A DNA stretch of 64,000 bases from Candidatus Methylomirabilales bacterium (GTDB lineage Bacteria; Methylomirabilota; Methylomirabilia; Methylomirabilales; CSP1-5). The stretch covers positions 46,081 to 110,080 of the forward strand of contig JBOHQS010000001.1 of NCBI GenBank assembly GCA_050732295.1. Direction: 5' to 3'. The notes below the pieces were generated by a model. It was not told the origin of the DNA and ran no database searches. It saw only the letters and a list, made by a program, of their open reading frames with translations. Below are positions 9,544 through 17,836 of this stretch, piece after piece. The position numbers and the translations under genes were made by a program. Each line of letters starts with the position of its first letter. Positions within the stretch are counted from its first letter, which is position 1.

Positions 9544-10688
9544 GCGCCCCCCCGAGCGGGATCAACTTTCGAGATCAGATCTGCATAAATATTTTCATAA
9601 GCCTCGACCATCCTGTTCAGAGAGAAACAACTTGCTACCGATTCCCGGGCGACCGCCCCCATTCGCACTCTAAGCACTCGATCATTTAGGAGTGTAATAA
9701 TGCTCTCGGCGAGCTGCTGACTATCCGCTGCCGGTACCAACAGCCCCGTCTTTCCGTCCTCTAACACCTCGTTGATCCCCCCGACCTGTGTGGCGACGGC
9801 AGGCACGCCCGCCGCCATGGCCTCAAGCAAAGCCAGAGGCATCCCTTCGGACAGGGATGGAAGCACAAAAACCTCACACAGCGCAAGAATATCGCGAACG
9901 TCATCACGGTGTCCGAGAAAGCGGAAATGCGCAGCCACCCCTTGGCGCTGGGCCTGCGCTTCGAGTTCTTCTCGGAGGTTTCCACGACCGACGATCAAAA
10001 ACACCACATGGGGAAATCGGTCAATCACCGAAGCTGCGGCGTCTATCAAATATCGATGTCCCTTCACCGGATAGAGACTCCCTACCGTGCCGACCACCCT
10101 CGTATGTCGGTCGAGGCTTAAATCTTGGCGGAGAGTTGAGAGCTTTTCGGGCGAAGGCTGTTCACCGATTGGAACCCCATTGCGGACCACTTGGATCCGA
10201 TCCGGGTGGATATTGATCTGGTCCGCCAGGAAACGCTTGAGATCTTCGGATACCGCAACCATCTGATGGGCAAACCTCCCGACGAGCCGATATGCGACGC
10301 GCCGCCGGAAACGATCGCCATAGTAATTCGTGCCATGGACTGTCGCCACCAGGGGAACACCGGCCAGCCGCGAGGCCACAAGTCCGATCGTATTCATGAG
10401 GAACTCGTGAGTGTGAAGAATGTTTACGTTCTTCTTTCGGATCAGCCCCAGCAGATCGCGGAGCGTGTCAAGTTCAAAGAGTCTCAGAAAAGAACTGCGT
10501 GTGTAGCGCAACATAGTCACTGGAACACCCCGATCCTTCAGGGCTCCACCCAGCCAGCTATCCCGGATCAGTGCCGCCTCCGAGCGGTATCCATCGCCAA
10601 GTCCACTGGCCAGGTGGACCATCATCCGTTCCGCCCCGCCGGGCCCGCCCGTTTCAATCAGATGGAGGACCGTTGTTTCCACTGCCAA
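9540..10688 (-). CDS. family 4 (GT-B) glycosyltransferase
   Basis: 382 aa, with PSLSEGMPLALLEAMAAGVPAVATQVGGINEVLEDGKTG (the E-x7-E region). Confidence 0.9.
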   Translation of the reverse strand: MAVETTVLHLIETGGPGGAERMMVHLASGLGDGYRSEAALIRDSWLGGALKDRGVPVTMLRYTRSSFLRLFELDTLRDLLGLIRKKNVNILHTHEFLMNTIGLVASRLAGVPLVATVHGTNYYGDRFRRRVAYRLVGRFAHQMVAVSEDLKRFLADQINIHPDRIQVVRNGVPIGEQPSPEKLSTLRQDLSLDRHTRVVGTVGSLYPVKGHRYLIDAAASVIDRFPHVVFLIVGRGNLREELEAQAQRQGVAAHFRFLGHRDDVRDILALCEVFVLPSLSEGMPLALLEAMAAGVPAVATQVGGINEVLEDGKTGLLVPAADSQQLAESIITLLNDRVLRVRMGAVARESVASCFSLNRMVEAYENIYADLISKVDPARGGA

Positions 10689-10696
10689 TACCTCTC

Positions 10697-11455
10697 TCAG
10701 TTTTCACCCAATGCAACGTCACGGACAGCCTTTGAAACCTCGTAGAGTTTTCGAAAGACCCACAGACGGACCCGGGCCAGCCGATGGGGCACAGTGTATG
10801 CGGAGAAGCGCACATACCTTCCGCGTATCGAAAATTTCCCCGTCCCGATGTGTTTGAGAATTGCCCGTGGATCGATCCTGGTGCTTCCGTTTATGAGCAG
10901 CTCGAGTATCACACCCGGAGGCCGGTGAAACCCGTGCAGATCGGCCCCACCGATACCGAAGAGAGAAGAGTTCACCCCCCGGGCCCGTCCGAGGAGCCGA
11001 AAATTTTCGAGGGAGGGCACAAAGAGACCGTCGTACCCGGCATTCCAGATTTCAATCCCGTCAAGCGCGGCACACAATTCCGGGGCGCATTGGTATCCGC
11101 TCCTTCCAGGGTGGGCGAGGACCGCAAGGCCTCCCCTTTGCCTGATTTGGGAGGCCACCAGGACGGGATCGTCGGTGGAAATGTCATGCGTAATGCCAAG
11201 CCCAAGAATATGGATCTCGCCGCGGCATCGGTACTCGAGGCCGGGAATCATGGCCAGCGAATCGTCCGAGTGCTTCTCGCACAGCAGACGGAGCTCCTTC
11301 ATATCCGCTGGCGTGAGGTCTTCGGCGTGATCGGTGAGGCCCACGAACCGATATCCGGAGTCTCGTGCAAAATCCGCCAGATCCGCTATCGAACACAGAC
11401 CATCCCGTGAGAAATTAGAGTGGACGTGAATGATTCCCCTGACGGGTTCACTCAT
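10697..11455 (-). CDS. PHP-domain (polymerase/histidinol-phosphatase-like) metal-dependent phosphoesterase
   Basis: Motifs are GIIHVHSNFSRDG, GLTDHAEDL, VLAHPGRSG and GGADLHG. The ORF track extends it to 11545. I prefer the ATG at 11455 (MSEPVRG...), which removes a 98-nt overlap with the upstream ATP-grasp gene (stop at 11448). Confidence 0.7.
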   Translation of the reverse strand: MSEPVRGIIHVHSNFSRDGLCSIADLADFARDSGYRFVGLTDHAEDLTPADMKELRLLCEKHSDDSLAMIPGLEYRCRGEIHILGLGITHDISTDDPVLVASQIRQRGGLAVLAHPGRSGYQCAPELCAALDGIEIWNAGYDGLFVPSLENFRLLGRARGVNSSLFGIGGADLHGFHRPPGVILELLINGSTRIDPRAILKHIGTGKFSIRGRYVRFSAYTVPHRLARVRLWVFRKLYEVSKAVRDVALGEN

Positions 11456-12647
11456 GGCGACCGGTCCGGCGGAGCTTCTCGCTTCCCCCCCGGAGGATTT
11501 GTCCAACGTATTGTGAAAGCTCCTCAAGGGCAGGTCTGGGGTCATCCCACCGAAAGACCTCGTTCCTCGCCCCCTTGCCGAAATGTCTCAGAAACTCCCG
11601 AATGACTTTGGACGGGCTGGCGTCGCGAAGACGCAACAAGAGCCAATCGAGATTTCCAAGTCCCCACCGCAGACGGATGCCTTCCTGATAAGAAAATGTT
11701 GGCTCAATGTCTCCGTCCAGGGCCAACCGATACAGCAAGTGAGGAAAGTCCATTCCCGCGTCCACAGCGAGCTGCAGAGACCCCCAAAACCGCCCGTTAA
11801 CCTCCAGCAACTTGGGATTTCCATCGCGCGCATCATGTTTGAATTCCACCATAGCCACGCCGTGCCATTTCAAGGCCCCGAGGAGGCACTGCGAGTACTG
11901 GAGCAACTGCGAATCGAGTCCGACGCTTTCCGAAAGGACCGAGACCCCTCCAGAGGGAGGTTTCTCGCGGATTCGCCGGTGCGCAAAAGCGGCACGGAGT
12001 TTGCCCTGATTCATCAGGAGAAAGACACCGCGACCTTCGCCGGGAATGTATTCCTGCACCAGGGGAAGAGGGACAGTCTCATGGATCCTCCGGCACGCCG
12101 CCTCAAGCTGTCTCACAGTAGACACATAATGGGGCCCACCGCCACGCACCCACTCACCATTGCGGCGAAAATGGGAGAGGCGGGGCTTGACCACCGCGGG
12201 AAAGCCGACCCGTCGGATCGCTTCCGTGACATCATCCGGGTCGTGGACGAGCACGGTCTTCGGAACCGGAATTCCATGCTCCTGCGCCAATAACATCACA
12301 ACGCTCTTGTCGTGGGCGAGCTGAATGGCCTCGCGATCAGGAAACGGAAACGCAGCCAGGCCTTCGAATCGCGGCCGGGCCTCGGCTAGAAGCGTGAGGG
12401 CAACGTCATCGGCGGGAATAACAACGCGAACCCCGTTACGGGAGAGTATCTGACGAATCTCGTGGACAAACGCCGACCCCGCTGTGGCGGGTGATGGCAC
12501 CCGAATTGCCTTCTGACAATAGCGAGACGCGCCGGCCAGGCTCCTCGGCTGCTCATCAGCAACCGCCACCGGAATCCCTTGCCTACCAAGGCTCCGTGTG
12601 ACCGCCAGGGCGCTCCTGAGATTTCCGGGCGTCACAAGAACACTCAT
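11448..12647 (-). CDS. ATP-grasp domain protein (carboxylate-amine ligase type)
   Basis: Motifs are VVKPR...LVQEYIPGEGRGVFLL...VAMVEFKHD...KLLEVNGRFWGS. The preferred start is the ATG at 12647 (MSVLVTPG), which forms an ATGA overlap with the deacetylase stop. The ORF track begins at 12680. Confidence 0.7.
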   Translation of the reverse strand: MSVLVTPGNLRSALAVTRSLGRQGIPVAVADEQPRSLAGASRYCQKAIRVPSPATAGSAFVHEIRQILSRNGVRVVIPADDVALTLLAEARPRFEGLAAFPFPDREAIQLAHDKSVVMLLAQEHGIPVPKTVLVHDPDDVTEAIRRVGFPAVVKPRLSHFRRNGEWVRGGGPHYVSTVRQLEAACRRIHETVPLPLVQEYIPGEGRGVFLLMNQGKLRAAFAHRRIREKPPSGGVSVLSESVGLDSQLLQYSQCLLGALKWHGVAMVEFKHDARDGNPKLLEVNGRFWGSLQLAVDAGMDFPHLLYRLALDGDIEPTFSYQEGIRLRWGLGNLDWLLLRLRDASPSKVIREFLRHFGKGARNEVFRWDDPRPALEELSQYVGQILRGGSEKLRRTGRHE

Positions 12648-13819
12648 CCTCGCCTCATGCTCGGGGCACGAAACAGCCAAAGCCCAAGGCCTGACTCCAT
12701 GAATGACCGATTGCCTCCTCCAGAAACCCCCTCGTGCATGCCTACCCGTTGCAGGGCCAACGTCCCGAAACGCTCATCAGTAGGGACGGTCCGACAGAGA
12801 CATGCGGTCCGGTATCTCGCCTTTTCCACGAACGCCATGAGGTCTCGATTCGCGGCCCCATCAGGAAAGGCAAAATGTTTGACTTCTTGGCCAGTATGAC
12901 GCTCAATTTCAGCCTTTGACCGCACCAATTCGTTTCCCGCATCCTGGAGCTTGATTCGGGTGAGGATCCGGTGGGTACACCCGTGAGACCCCATCTCGAT
13001 CCCGGCTCCGGCCATCTCAGTGACCTGGCCCCAGTCTAGGAAGAAGCTGCGATCGGGGAACAGCGGCCTGCGGACGCCGAGTGCGTTGCCTACGTCACCA
13101 ATGAGCTGGTCGGTCGTCGGTTCATCGCACGTGGCTTTCACTGCCTCGATAAGAGGGTCAACATCGTGAGCGTCTGGTGCCTGTTCCATGTGAGCAAGTC
13201 GCATCAGACCGAGGCGGACGGGCGTTGGATACGGATCGAGAACGTACTGGGTCAACTTGAATCGGGACAACTCACCGTGCATCAGCAGATACATCAGCTC
13301 GGTATGCCAGAAGGCACGGTTCGTGCCGATGAAATCGGTAGTCAGAAAGACAGTCGCGGGGACACCATGTTTCTGGAGGATCGGAAAGGCGATCTCGTAA
13401 TTGTCCCGCCAACCGTCGTCGAAGGTAATTGAGCAGAAAGGGCGAGAGAGGGTCGAGAGTGGAGAGTTGAGAGAAGATTGCGGATTTCGGATTGCGGATT
13501 GCGGATTTGCCGATTGCGCATCGCGGAAGTCAGAACATTTCGAAATCCGAAATTCGAAATCCGAAATCAGCGAAGAGAGGGGGACGATGTCGAAGTATCT
13601 TCTCAAAAACTGGAGTTGGCGGTGGAACGTGTCGGCCGTGACGACCAACCCCGGCTGGGAGTAGTCCAGGGTCCGGTCCCACTTCTCGATGACCCGGTGG
13701 TAGGTCAGGACGAGGGCCGCGCCGCGCCGCGCCATGCTTGTAAGATATCGCTCCCATATCCCCGTCCGGAGCAGCGTCTCCCCCATTGCGGTCTTAGCTA
13801 TGGCTTTTAGCTTGTTCAT
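12644..13819 (-). CDS. polysaccharide deacetylase (NodB homology domain) carrying an in-frame repeat-derived insertion
   Basis: 391 aa. Motifs are LVLTYHRV, ITFDDGWRDNYEIAFPILQKHGVPATVFLTTDFIG and MGSHGCTHRIL. Residues ISDFEFRISKCSDFRDAQSANPQSAIRNPQSSLNSPLSTLS are encoded by the heptamer-repeat element at 13443-13568. Confidence 0.85.
   Translation of the reverse strand: MNKLKAIAKTAMGETLLRTGIWERYLTSMARRGAALVLTYHRVIEKWDRTLDYSQPGLVVTADTFHRQLQFLRRYFDIVPLSSLISDFEFRISKCSDFRDAQSANPQSAIRNPQSSLNSPLSTLSRPFCSITFDDGWRDNYEIAFPILQKHGVPATVFLTTDFIGTNRAFWHTELMYLLMHGELSRFKLTQYVLDPYPTPVRLGLMRLAHMEQAPDAHDVDPLIEAVKATCDEPTTDQLIGDVGNALGVRRPLFPDRSFFLDWGQVTEMAGAGIEMGSHGCTHRILTRIKLQDAGNELVRSKAEIERHTGQEVKHFAFPDGAANRDLMAFVEKARYRTACLCRTVPTDERFGTLALQRVGMHEGVSGGGNRSFMESGLGLWLFRAPSMRRG
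13443..13568. repeat. composite heptanucleotide-repeat element (GTTGAGA-like block plus a hairpin of CGGATT(T/G)/CGAAAT(C/T) arrays) inside the deacetylase CDS
   Basis: The sequence reads cgagagagggtcgagagtggagagttgagagaag, then ttgcggatttcggattgcggattgcggatttgccgattgcg, a ~16-nt loop, then catttcgaaatccgaaattcgaaatccgaaatc. The two arrays are imperfectly complementary. The element is ~126 nt (42 codons). Confidence 0.8.
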
Positions 13820-13833
13820 GGTTCACGATTCCC

Positions 13834-13987
13834 TGACCGATGACCGGTGACCGGCTCAGGATTTCGAATTTGGGATTTCGGATTTCGAAAGTGAACCGCG
13901 GTTCTGTTAAATTCAACATTCGCAATTCGAAATTCAAAATTTCTCCGCTCTGGACTCTCAACCTCCACTATCAACTCTCCGCCCTCA
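13834..13987. repeat. intergenic composite repeat element with no ORF ('empty' version): TGACCGG x3, a CGAATTT-family hairpin, and an inverted GTTGAGA-family block
   Basis: The parts are tgaccgatgaccggtgaccgg; ggatttcgaatttgggatttcggatttcgaaa; a loop containing the palindrome gaaccgcggttc; attcaacattcgcaattcgaaattcaaaatttc; and gactctcaacctccactatcaactctccgccctca. The last block also supplies the final codons and stop of the aminotransferase. Confidence 0.8.
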
Positions 13988-15167
13988 CTATCTCGATCAT
14001 TCTGTCGACATCAGAAGCAGTGACATACGGATGCGTCGGCAGAGTGATGATGCGTTCCGCTATCGATCGAGCGCCTGGACAATCTTGCTGAGCAGCACCC
14101 AGGTACTGCTCGATTCCCGGGATGTCGCCGATTGCCGTAGGATACGAAGTGCTGGCTCCAATCCCAGCATCCTTCAGGCGGGATAAGAGCCGCGAACGAT
14201 GCATCCCATCTCTCGCCAGGATCGGAAACCGAAGGTAGACCGGCGTCGCGCCTTCGACTAATTGGGGAATCTCAATCCCCTCTACCCCGTCGAGTCCCGC
14301 ACATAACAGCCGGGCGTTCTCGCAACGAACGCGGTTGTAAGGATGGACGAGAGTCCAGAGTCGAGAGGCTAGGCGTTCCTGGTACGGTGAGAGTTGTGTC
14401 ATTCGGAAGTTTGGGTCGAAAACTGAGACCCCCAGCCCGAGAAACGGAATGGGATCCAGCAGCCAGTATCGTGAGGGGGATAACATACCAGCATATAGTA
14501 CAGAGTTGAGCGTAGCAGAGAGAACACTGAAGGATGAGGGACGAGGGAGTTTTTTCAGTTCCTTCTGAATGAGATCAGCAAGGTCATCCTTCTGGGTGAT
14601 GAGGATTCCGCCACCCATGGTCGTGATATTTTTGCCTCGTCCCAGGCTATAAAAACCCGCATCGCCAAAGGTCCCGCAGGCCTTTCCGGCCAAGGTCGCC
14701 CCAAGGCATTGGGCGGCGTCGTCAATCAGATAGACCCCAGCAGCTCGGGCAATCTCTTCCAGCCCAAACAGGTCTGATGGCATCCCGTAAAGACTCGAGG
14801 GAACAATACAAAGCACCTTATCTAGATCAAGTCGTGTAAGAACAGTGTAATCCAAGTCGAGTGCCTTCGGATCCACATCGCACAGGCGGATGCTCAGTCC
14901 CGCACGAACCACCGCAGAAGGCACCGAAAAGCACGTATAGGCTGGGATGACCACTTCTCGCCTGCTGCATAGTTTTTGCAGCACTCTGAGAATTATCGTC
15001 AGGGCGGCCCGACCCGAGGAGATTGGAAAGACATGCGGCGCTCTCAGCCGCTGCCTCAGCAGCTTCTCGAGGCTGCTTTGGCTGTTCGAGGCAGGGTACA
15101 GCGACGACAGGACTGCGCGCGCCGGCAAGGGAGCTCCAGCGGGCGGAACTAGTCTGAACTTAGTCAT
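13971..15167 (-). CDS. DegT/DnrJ/EryC1/StrS-family PLP-dependent sugar aminotransferase
   Basis: 398 aa, with SSGRAALTIILRVL, LIDDAAQCLGA and FYSLGRGKNITTMGGGILIT (the PLP lysine region). Confidence 0.85.
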   Translation of the reverse strand: MTKFRLVPPAGAPLPARAVLSSLYPASNSQSSLEKLLRQRLRAPHVFPISSGRAALTIILRVLQKLCSRREVVIPAYTCFSVPSAVVRAGLSIRLCDVDPKALDLDYTVLTRLDLDKVLCIVPSSLYGMPSDLFGLEEIARAAGVYLIDDAAQCLGATLAGKACGTFGDAGFYSLGRGKNITTMGGGILITQKDDLADLIQKELKKLPRPSSFSVLSATLNSVLYAGMLSPSRYWLLDPIPFLGLGVSVFDPNFRMTQLSPYQERLASRLWTLVHPYNRVRCENARLLCAGLDGVEGIEIPQLVEGATPVYLRFPILARDGMHRSRLLSRLKDAGIGASTSYPTAIGDIPGIEQYLGAAQQDCPGARSIAERIITLPTHPYVTASDVDRMIEIVRAES

Positions 15168-15240
15168 GTTGAGAGTTGAGAGATGAGAGTTGAGGGTTGC
15201 GCAATAGTTGAGTGTTGAGAGTCTAGTGTTGAGAGTTAAG
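15168..15240. repeat. GTTGAGA heptamer tandem array (left arm of the degraded four-helix-bundle cassette)
   Basis: The sequence is gttgaga gttgaga gatgaga gttgagg gttgcgc...gtgttgagagtctagtgttgagagtt. It begins immediately after the aminotransferase start codon (15165-15167). Confidence 0.85.
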
Positions 15241-15457
15241 GGCGCTTTTCCAGGGTGCGGCGTAAGCCGCTGAGCATCTTGGCAACGTCTTCTGCCTTTT
15301 TGTACACTGTCGCGAACATTTCGCCGGTTAAGAATCCTTGTCTTTTGGCAATTTCCAATTCCGATACAGACTCGAGCAACGAACCGTATGCAATTTCGAT
15401 AAAGCGCGCCAAATCAATTTTCGACGCCCTGGAGGAACCTTCACTCTCGACTCTCAA
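15236..15457 (-). pseudogene. 5'-truncated four-helix-bundle protein gene (23S rRNA IVS protein/Avd-like family); only the C-terminal ~60 aa are recognisable
   Basis: The 73-aa ORF contains KIDLARFIEIAYGSLLESVSELEIAKRQGFLTGEMFATVYKKAEDVAKMLSGLRRTL, which matches helices 3-4 of the intact paralogue type at 53253-53609. The annotated start is a TTG lying inside the flanking repeat. Confidence 0.6.
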
Positions 15458-15458
15458 C
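15442..15458. repeat. inverted GTTGAGA-family arm (right arm of the degraded cassette), abutting the FemAB-like stop codon
   Basis: cactctcgactctcaac is the reverse complement of gttgagagtcgagagtg. The 10-nt gactctcaac pairs perfectly with gttgagagtc at 15214-15223. Confidence 0.7.
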
Positions 15459-15461
15459 GAG

Positions 15462-16493
15462 CTAAGGCAGATGTCGAACGATTCGGGGCCCGAGCCAGTT
15501 TGCTACAGGGAGAGGAAGTCGCTTCCATACTTCAATAAGGAACTTGAACCGCGGGTTAGAGGGGTTAAGTTGGGGCATATGTTTCCCGTTCAATAGAACG
15601 TACTGCCAGTGCAGTGGTTTGACCGTTGCACCCCACTGCTTCTTGAAATGGTACGTACCGGATCCCACCGTTGACCGTCCAAAGTCGAAGGTGCGGTAAC
15701 CGCCATCACAGGCCCGTTTGATCACTTCCCAATAGAGGAGGTTATTGGGACAGAGATGAAAATAGTCTCGCAGAGAGGACGCCGAAGGCATATAGACGGT
15801 ATCCTTAAAGGAGAGGACCAGCCCTCCTCCTATGACTTGCTGGGCCTGCCGGACCAGGGCGACCTCCGAGGTCTTTGGGAACGCCTTCAAGATGTTTTGA
15901 AAGAGGGAAATCCCCCAAACGGGGGTGCCCAGATCTCTCATGTTACGAGCGAATACCCGGTAAAATTCCGGTAACAGCCTTTCTCCGCCAAACTCACAGG
16001 TCAACCCAGCCCGTTGAGCCTTTCGGACTTGGTTCCGAACCTTGGGATCAAGGCGACCCCAAACCGACTCAGAGGTACCAAGCTCGAGCAAGAGTGTCAC
16101 CTTGTCTTGCCGAACCGGCAGATCCGGATATACTTTTTCCATTGAGCGAAGTTCGATAAAGGATGCCCTATCTGCCTCGGCCTGGGCGACTGCTGCGTGC
16201 AGCAGATGACGACCTATCTCCGGATTGTCGGCAATAATCCCCCCGTAATCCAGCCACGGAAGAGAGATGTGAAACGTCCCAAAGAGCCAGTGCCTGAGGA
16301 GCATTATCGGCAGGATTCCACAAACCTCGCCGCCCCGCGCGGCGATCAGTGACCTGTCCTGGTGGCCGAGAGCCCGGGAAACCAAAGATGACCAGGGAGT
16401 CGCATGGGCGAGGGTGGCGCCAGGCGCCGCCTCAACAAAAACCTCGCACTCCGCAGCCCATCTCTCCGAAAACCGGTGGACCACTACCGTCAT
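15462..16493 (-). CDS. FemAB-family/GNAT-fold acyltransferase of the type associated with exosortase (PEP-CTERM) EPS loci
   Basis: Motifs are RNQVRKAQRAGL, FYRVFARNMRDLGTPVW, NNLLYWEVIKRACDGGYRTFDFGRSTVGSGTYHFKKQWGA. The preferred start is the ATG at 16493 (an ATGA overlap with the upstream stop); the ORF track begins at 16505. Confidence 0.75.
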   Translation of the reverse strand: MTVVVHRFSERWAAECEVFVEAAPGATLAHATPWSSLVSRALGHQDRSLIAARGGEVCGILPIMLLRHWLFGTFHISLPWLDYGGIIADNPEIGRHLLHAAVAQAEADRASFIELRSMEKVYPDLPVRQDKVTLLLELGTSESVWGRLDPKVRNQVRKAQRAGLTCEFGGERLLPEFYRVFARNMRDLGTPVWGISLFQNILKAFPKTSEVALVRQAQQVIGGGLVLSFKDTVYMPSASSLRDYFHLCPNNLLYWEVIKRACDGGYRTFDFGRSTVGSGTYHFKKQWGATVKPLHWQYVLLNGKHMPQLNPSNPRFKFLIEVWKRLPLPVANWLGPRIVRHLP

Positions 16494-17821
16494 GTATGCT
16501 CCCATTCTCCTGACTCAAGAGCACCGATCGGCTCAACAGCCATGATCTCCGATTCAGCAAGCGCCAACCTGTGCGCCACCACCGTCAAGGCTGTCAGGTA
16601 GTACAAATGGGGGTACCGGAGTACCGAGAGAAATACGGCGGGGACTAAAAACCCAACCCAGCTCAGTCGAAGGCAGTCGGCCAGTTGCTGTATCGAAGCC
16701 GAGCAGTTTCCCTTTTCGCTCAGCGATCTGACCTCCCTTAAATCGCGAAAGTTCCAAAGCAGGACCGAAGCGATCAGTAATACGCCGAGTAGCCCAAATT
16801 CCGCTAGCAGGTCGAAAAACATACTATGTGCAGCCTTTCCCCACTGTGTCCCTCTCTGCTCCGGCGAAACTTCGTAAGCGTAGTCTGGAAGTAATATGCG
16901 ATAGTTGTTCCCGCCCACTCCCCAAATCGGGGAATCATAAAACATGCGTCGTGCTGCAGCCCAGTAGTTCCGCCGCGTTTCTGCTGTCCCCGAATCTGTC
17001 TCCTTGATCGTCTCCATTTCCTCCCAGTATCCTTCGGGAGCCACGGCTATGACTATCATTATGCTCAAAACCAGAACTCCCACTGCCTTACTCTTATTTC
17101 GGCCTGTCACAACATAATACAGTCCTATCGCTGCGATTCCCACAAACCCTCCGCGCGAGCGTGACAAGATGATCGAGAGCAACATCGCTATACTACTTGC
17201 TCCCCAAAAGGTGCGCGCAGGAAGGGATTGAGTCTGCCGGGAAAGGTATACTCCCAGGGGCAGCATCAGCGTCATCGCCAGTGCTACGTCATTCTCGTCG
17301 CCAAGAAAATATGATCCCGCTGTGAATCCTTCATAACCAATAATCACCTTCACGGCAATGTACACATGAATTCCGACCAAGAGCGAAAGAAAACTTTTTA
17401 CATCTCTCTCATTCCTCAGGATATGGGTAATGGCAAAGTAGGCTATCAACATCAACGCAAGTTCAAAGGCAAATTCATACGCATAATAGTTATTAGTGGC
17501 CGTGAGAATCGTGAATGATGCAAGTCCCAAAAAACCCAATAGCAACCAACCCTGACGAGTTAGTCGCACCTCTCCCTTCCCCATTTCCGCAATTACGATA
17601 AGGACCAATGCTGCAAGTACCGCTGTTTGGACCTTCATCGTCTTGAGGATCGGCAGGACATCATGGAGGCGGAGATACTCGAACAGAAGAAAGCACAGAA
17701 GCACGCACAAAGCCCCCCGTGGGACAGCGCGCGCGTGCTGAATATACTGTTGGCTGTAGCTAGCTGACTCTGTATACGTCAATTTGACCTTCGGGCTCTG
17801 CGGCGCCCATAGTGGTTGCAC
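16490..17821 (-). CDS. O-antigen ligase/polymerase family (Wzy_C-type) polytopic membrane protein
   Basis: 443 aa with ~10 hydrophobic segments. The loop ILSRSRGGFVGIAAIGLYY is typical of the Wzy_C/O-antigen-ligase domain. Confidence 0.8.
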   Translation of the reverse strand: MQPLWAPQSPKVKLTYTESASYSQQYIQHARAVPRGALCVLLCFLLFEYLRLHDVLPILKTMKVQTAVLAALVLIVIAEMGKGEVRLTRQGWLLLGFLGLASFTILTATNNYYAYEFAFELALMLIAYFAITHILRNERDVKSFLSLLVGIHVYIAVKVIIGYEGFTAGSYFLGDENDVALAMTLMLPLGVYLSRQTQSLPARTFWGASSIAMLLSIILSRSRGGFVGIAAIGLYYVVTGRNKSKAVGVLVLSIMIVIAVAPEGYWEEMETIKETDSGTAETRRNYWAAARRMFYDSPIWGVGGNNYRILLPDYAYEVSPEQRGTQWGKAAHSMFFDLLAEFGLLGVLLIASVLLWNFRDLREVRSLSEKGNCSASIQQLADCLRLSWVGFLVPAVFLSVLRYPHLYYLTALTVVAHRLALAESEIMAVEPIGALESGEWEHT

Positions 17822-17836
17822 TACATACCTTGTCGC

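Noticed and set aside
13443-13987. Whether the short tandem repeats at 13.4-14.0, 15.2, 53.0-53.7 and 54.5 kb could be CRISPR arrays.
   Set aside because: The units are 7-nt tandem repeats with no unique spacers of regular length. The arrays are only 20-70 nt long and partly translated. No cas genes are present.
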